This document shows positions 60,640 through 64,000 of a stretch of DNA of 64,000 bases, in pieces (the stretch's first letter is position 1; each line of letters opens with the position of its first letter). The DNA lies in contig OY781066.1 of assembly GCA_963676395.1 (NCBI GenBank), forward strand, positions 192,001 through 256,000, given 5' to 3'. The notes beneath the pieces are model-generated. The model made no database searches and had not been told where the DNA came from. It worked only from the letters and a program-made list of their open reading frames with translations. Source of the stretch: a bacterium (lineage in GTDB: Bacteria > Fidelibacterota > Fidelibacteria > Fidelibacterales > Fidelibacteraceae). The translations under genes were made by a program, and so were the position numbers.

Positions 60640-61737
60640 ATGAGTCCTAAACCTCTATCAATTTACATCCATATTCCATTTTGTTCACAAAAATGTCATT
60701 ACTGTGATTTTTATTCTATTTCATCTCTAAATAATGTCAATTCTTATATTGACGCGGTCTGCTCTTCTATCAAGAATGCTTTAGTCTCAGGAAAATCGAA
60801 CTATTTGGTAAAAACAATCTATTTTGGGGGTGGCACACCGAATTACATAGCTCTCGGAAAGTTACAAACTATATTAAAAACCATATACGATCACTATCAG
60901 ATAGCTGATGATGTCGAGATCACCGTAGAGATCAACCCTGAATTCTCACAAAACAAAAAAGATATACAAAAACTCAAAAAGATCGGTGTTAATCGACTTT
61001 CAATAGGCGTTCAATCACTGCAAGATAAAGAATTACACATTCTCGGACGCATTCACCATTCGGGAACCGCAGTAAATTGTATAAAAAATGCCAAAAGTAT
61101 ATTTGACAATCTATCTCTAGATCTAATCTACGCTATCACCGGTCAACGTCTTGAATCGCTTAATAAAACCTTAGACCAATTTCTAGACCTGAAGCCGCAG
61201 CACATTTCTTGTTATAATCTTACTCGGGAAGAAGGTACAAAACTTGCAACTATGTTTGATAAAGGTGAATTAGAAGCGGCAAGTGAGGATCTTGAGATCA
61301 AATTCTTTAAACATATTCATGAACGTTTAACTATGGACGGATATGAGCATTATGAGATTTCCAATTATGCAAAACCGGGGTTCAGAAGTCGGCACAACTC
61401 CAACTATTGGACGAATAATGATTATCTGGGTATAGGTCCTTCGGCGCATTCCCGCATTGGAAATAAACGCTATGCTTTCCATGCCGACCTGAATGAATTT
61501 ATCAGCCGCCCCTACCCTTTTCATGTTGAGGACGATGTTACAGAGGCTGATATGCTTATCACGCGACTACGTTGCTCTGAGGGGCTGGATATCAACAGTA
61601 TTTCAACCGGATTACGTAATAAGTTGCTCGATTATACCAAAAAGCATCCCGAATGGTTAATACTTGAAAATCATTGTATAAAATGCACCCTGGAAGGATG
61701 GCTAATACTGGATAGTATTTTGGTGGATCTTCTGTGA
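60640..61737 (+). CDS. hemW: Radical SAM heme chaperone HemW (HemN-like)
   Basis: YIHIPFCSQKCHYCDF, FGGGTP, RLSIGVQS, YEISNY, HNSNYW. Confidence 0.9.
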   Translation: MSPKPLSIYIHIPFCSQKCHYCDFYSISSLNNVNSYIDAVCSSIKNALVSGKSNYLVKTIYFGGGTPNYIALGKLQTILKTIYDHYQIADDVEITVEINPEFSQNKKDIQKLKKIGVNRLSIGVQSLQDKELHILGRIHHSGTAVNCIKNAKSIFDNLSLDLIYAITGQRLESLNKTLDQFLDLKPQHISCYNLTREEGTKLATMFDKGELEAASEDLEIKFFKHIHERLTMDGYEHYEISNYAKPGFRSRHNSNYWTNNDYLGIGPSAHSRIGNKRYAFHADLNEFISRPYPFHVEDDVTEADMLITRLRCSEGLDINSISTGLRNKLLDYTKKHPEWLILENHCIKCTLEGWLILDSILVDLL

Positions 61738-61941
61738 TCTGCCTTGTGCGCCGAAGTTTTAGTGTAGGTGCATGGCCGGCAATCGATGATTGGCGAATAA
61801 ATCATTACTCTTAATTCTTTAATCCAAATCAACATTTCTTATTAGTTACTCAATATTCTGACTTAATAAAAAAGGGTGGACTCTCAAGACCACCCTTAAA
61901 ATTTATTGTCAATCGACGTATCGATTCATCAACTTTCAAGT

Positions 61942-62925
61942 TTATACTTTCAACTCATCCACATAATCGAAAACTGCCGCCGTATCTCCGGTATGCCAAA
62001 AAACAATAGTTTCGTCTTTCCATTCACCGTTTTGGATCTTATCGATCATGGCGCCCATGGCACGTCCGGTATATACCGGACCAACAAAAAGCCCTTCACT
62101 TTGAACGAGGGTTTTAATCGCAGTTCGCTCATTATCACCCACAACGGCATATCCATCACCGAGATAATCATATTCCAAGTCAAAATCTTCTTCTGTCAGT
62201 TGAATATCTAAGCCCAATAGCTTTGCCGCTTTATTGGCAAGTTCTGCCAATTCAGGTGGAAAGGCTCCTTTTCCGGTTTTAACGCGATCAATACTAATAC
62301 CACTAATCTTGCCCTTATAGCCGGCAATTTTGGCACCCAATACCATACCCGCAAGAGTACCGCCACTGGAAGATGCCACGACTATCCTATCGCAATCTAT
62401 GTTCATCAGCTCGAACTGTCTTACAATTTCGGGCATGGCCATCGTATAACCTACAGTTCCCAATGCATTGGAACCACCTACGGGGATTACATAAGGGTGC
62501 TTCCCGGCTTTTCGAAGTTCTTCGGCAAGTTCATGCATTTGGGAATCACGTTCAGGACGATCAACATAATGCACGCTGGCTCCTGCCAACAAATCAAGCA
62601 GTAAATTGCCGTTCTTCCTTTCCGGTTCTTTACCCGAAAGAACCACATGGCAATCCAAATTCAATTTTGCGGCTGCCGCAACAGTTTGGATACAATGATT
62701 AGACTGCAGTCCACCGGCCGTGATCACCGTATCACAATCGCGTTTCATGGCTTCAGCCATAAGGTATTCCAACTTACGGGATTTATTCCCACCGGCCGCA
62801 AGACCGGTGAGATCATCTCGTTTTATATACAATTTTCCATTATAACCCAATGTTTTCGCCAGATTATTCATAGCATGTAAAGGTGTTGGCAATTGGGCCA
62901 AAGTGATCTTTGGTAAATATTTCAC
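61942..62925 (-). CDS. D-cysteine desulfhydrase / ACC deaminase family PLP enzyme
   Basis: KRDDLTG, GGNKSRKLEY, QSNH, SSGGTLAG, PVYTG, FWHTG; GTG start abutting the upstream stop. Confidence 0.9.
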   Translation of the reverse strand: MKYLPKITLAQLPTPLHAMNNLAKTLGYNGKLYIKRDDLTGLAAGGNKSRKLEYLMAEAMKRDCDTVITAGGLQSNHCIQTVAAAAKLNLDCHVVLSGKEPERKNGNLLLDLLAGASVHYVDRPERDSQMHELAEELRKAGKHPYVIPVGGSNALGTVGYTMAMPEIVRQFELMNIDCDRIVVASSSGGTLAGMVLGAKIAGYKGKISGISIDRVKTGKGAFPPELAELANKAAKLLGLDIQLTEEDFDLEYDYLGDGYAVVGDNERTAIKTLVQSEGLFVGPVYTGRAMGAMIDKIQNGEWKDETIVFWHTGDTAAVFDYVDELKV

Positions 62926-64000
62926 TTATTCCTCAATGAGTTCATATTTCATATCAATGCCTTTTTCTTGGGCAGAAATTCCTTCTTTCATCCAACGAGG
63001 CATAGGCTTATCCATGAGGTAATGATCAAAGAATTGTTTCATACGTATCGAAAGATCCATACGATTACCCCATTGGGTACGTCCCATATTATGATTGGTT
63101 TTATTATAAACCAACATCCAGGCAGGTTTTTGTAAACGACGCATTGCGACCATCATTTCAATTCCCTGTGTCCATGGAACAGCCCCATCTTCATCATTGT
63201 GCATCATAAGCAGAGGTGTTTTGATCTGATCAGCAAAAAATACCGGTGAGTTTTCATAATAAAGATCAAATGAATCCCAAATGGTACCACCGATACGGCT
63301 TTGACCATCTTCGTACTGCATCATTCGGCTCATACCTGTATACCAACGAATACCACCAAATGCCGAAGTCATATTTGATACGGGGGCTCCTGCCATTGCA
63401 GCTGCAAAACGATCTGTTTGTGTAACAAAGTAAGCCGTTTGATAACCACCCCAACTTTGTCCTTGTATACCTATCTTTTTCCCATTAATGAAATCATACT
63501 TTTCAAGAAGCATATCCACACCAGTCATCACGCAATCAAGTCCTGAACGACCGGGGTGACCGGTTTTATATACAATATCCGGAATGAACAAAATATAACC
63601 GTTACTCGGATAGAAAGATTTATTAATTGTTGAATAACTTGGTGTGGGACTAAAGTATTGATGTAAATAATCTGAATATTTCTCGTAGTAATAGATCACC
63701 ATGGGATGCTTTTTACTCTTATCAAGATCATCGGGAATATAAAGCATACCTTGCAGTTCTACACCGTCGGAATTCTTCCATTCAACCAATTCAACCGAAG
63801 CCCAGCGAAATTGTGACTGCTGAGGGTTCAAAGCTGAAAGCTGCTCGATCTTTTCGAAATTTAAATCAGAGATATAAACATCCGGATATTCACGATAAGT
63901 TCCTCTTCGCCAGATACCTACATTGGCTTCTTTAGCCTTTTTGACAGGATCATATTTATTATCGGTATAAAGTAATTTCTCAGGAACCGCACCTTTATAA
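62926..64000 (-). CDS. S9-family (prolyl oligopeptidase-like) peptidase, 5' part outside the window
   Basis: GQSWGGY nucleophile, HNDEDGAVP, NH; frame stays open to the window end. Confidence 0.9.
   Translation of the reverse strand, partial: YKGAVPEKLLYTDNKYDPVKKAKEANVGIWRRGTYREYPDVYISDLNFEKIEQLSALNPQQSQFRWASVELVEWKNSDGVELQGMLYIPDDLDKSKKHPMVIYYYEKYSDYLHQYFSPTPSYSTINKSFYPSNGYILFIPDIVYKTGHPGRSGLDCVMTGVDMLLEKYDFINGKKIGIQGQSWGGYQTAYFVTQTDRFAAAMAGAPVSNMTSAFGGIRWYTGMSRMMQYEDGQSRIGGTIWDSFDLYYENSPVFFADQIKTPLLMMHNDEDGAVPWTQGIEMMVAMRRLQKPAWMLVYNKTNHNMGRTQWGNRMDLSIRMKQFFDHYLMDKPMPRWMKEGISAQEKGIDMKYELIEE

Overview
AT-rich bacterial chromosome segment, probably from an FCB-group organism such as Marinisomatota/Marinimicrobia. 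This assignment is an inference from several secreted proteins with Por/T9SS-like 'YPNPFN' C-terminal domains, an alpha2-type GlyRS and a TopA with C-terminal repeats. Housekeeping genes (ispG, dprA, obgE, pta, coaD, PBP1A, glyQS, topA, asnS, glgP, DEAD-box helicase, glmM-like mutase, deoC, tRNA-Leu, rfbC, hemW) are interleaved with accessory blocks. Four things stand out. (1) An IS200-like Y1 HUH transposase gene (8162-8623) sits between two non-CRISPR arrays built from two alternating 13-bp hairpins (GCTCCTACGGAGC and GTCCCTACGGGAC). The period is ~72 bp, with compensatory stem changes and linker blocks shared by both flanks. (2) A very AT-rich orphan with an R-x4-H HEPN-type motif lies just upstream. 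(3) A cobalamin-riboswitch-led btuB operon has two partners that look like secreted, CTD-bearing BtuG/BtuH-like cobamide-capture proteins, one a 1134-aa multidomain fusion. (4) There are modular surface proteins built by duplication and fusion, plus several dispersed palindromic and heptameric repeat families. No CRISPR array or rRNA was seen. All calls come from motif recognition by eye; no database searches were run.
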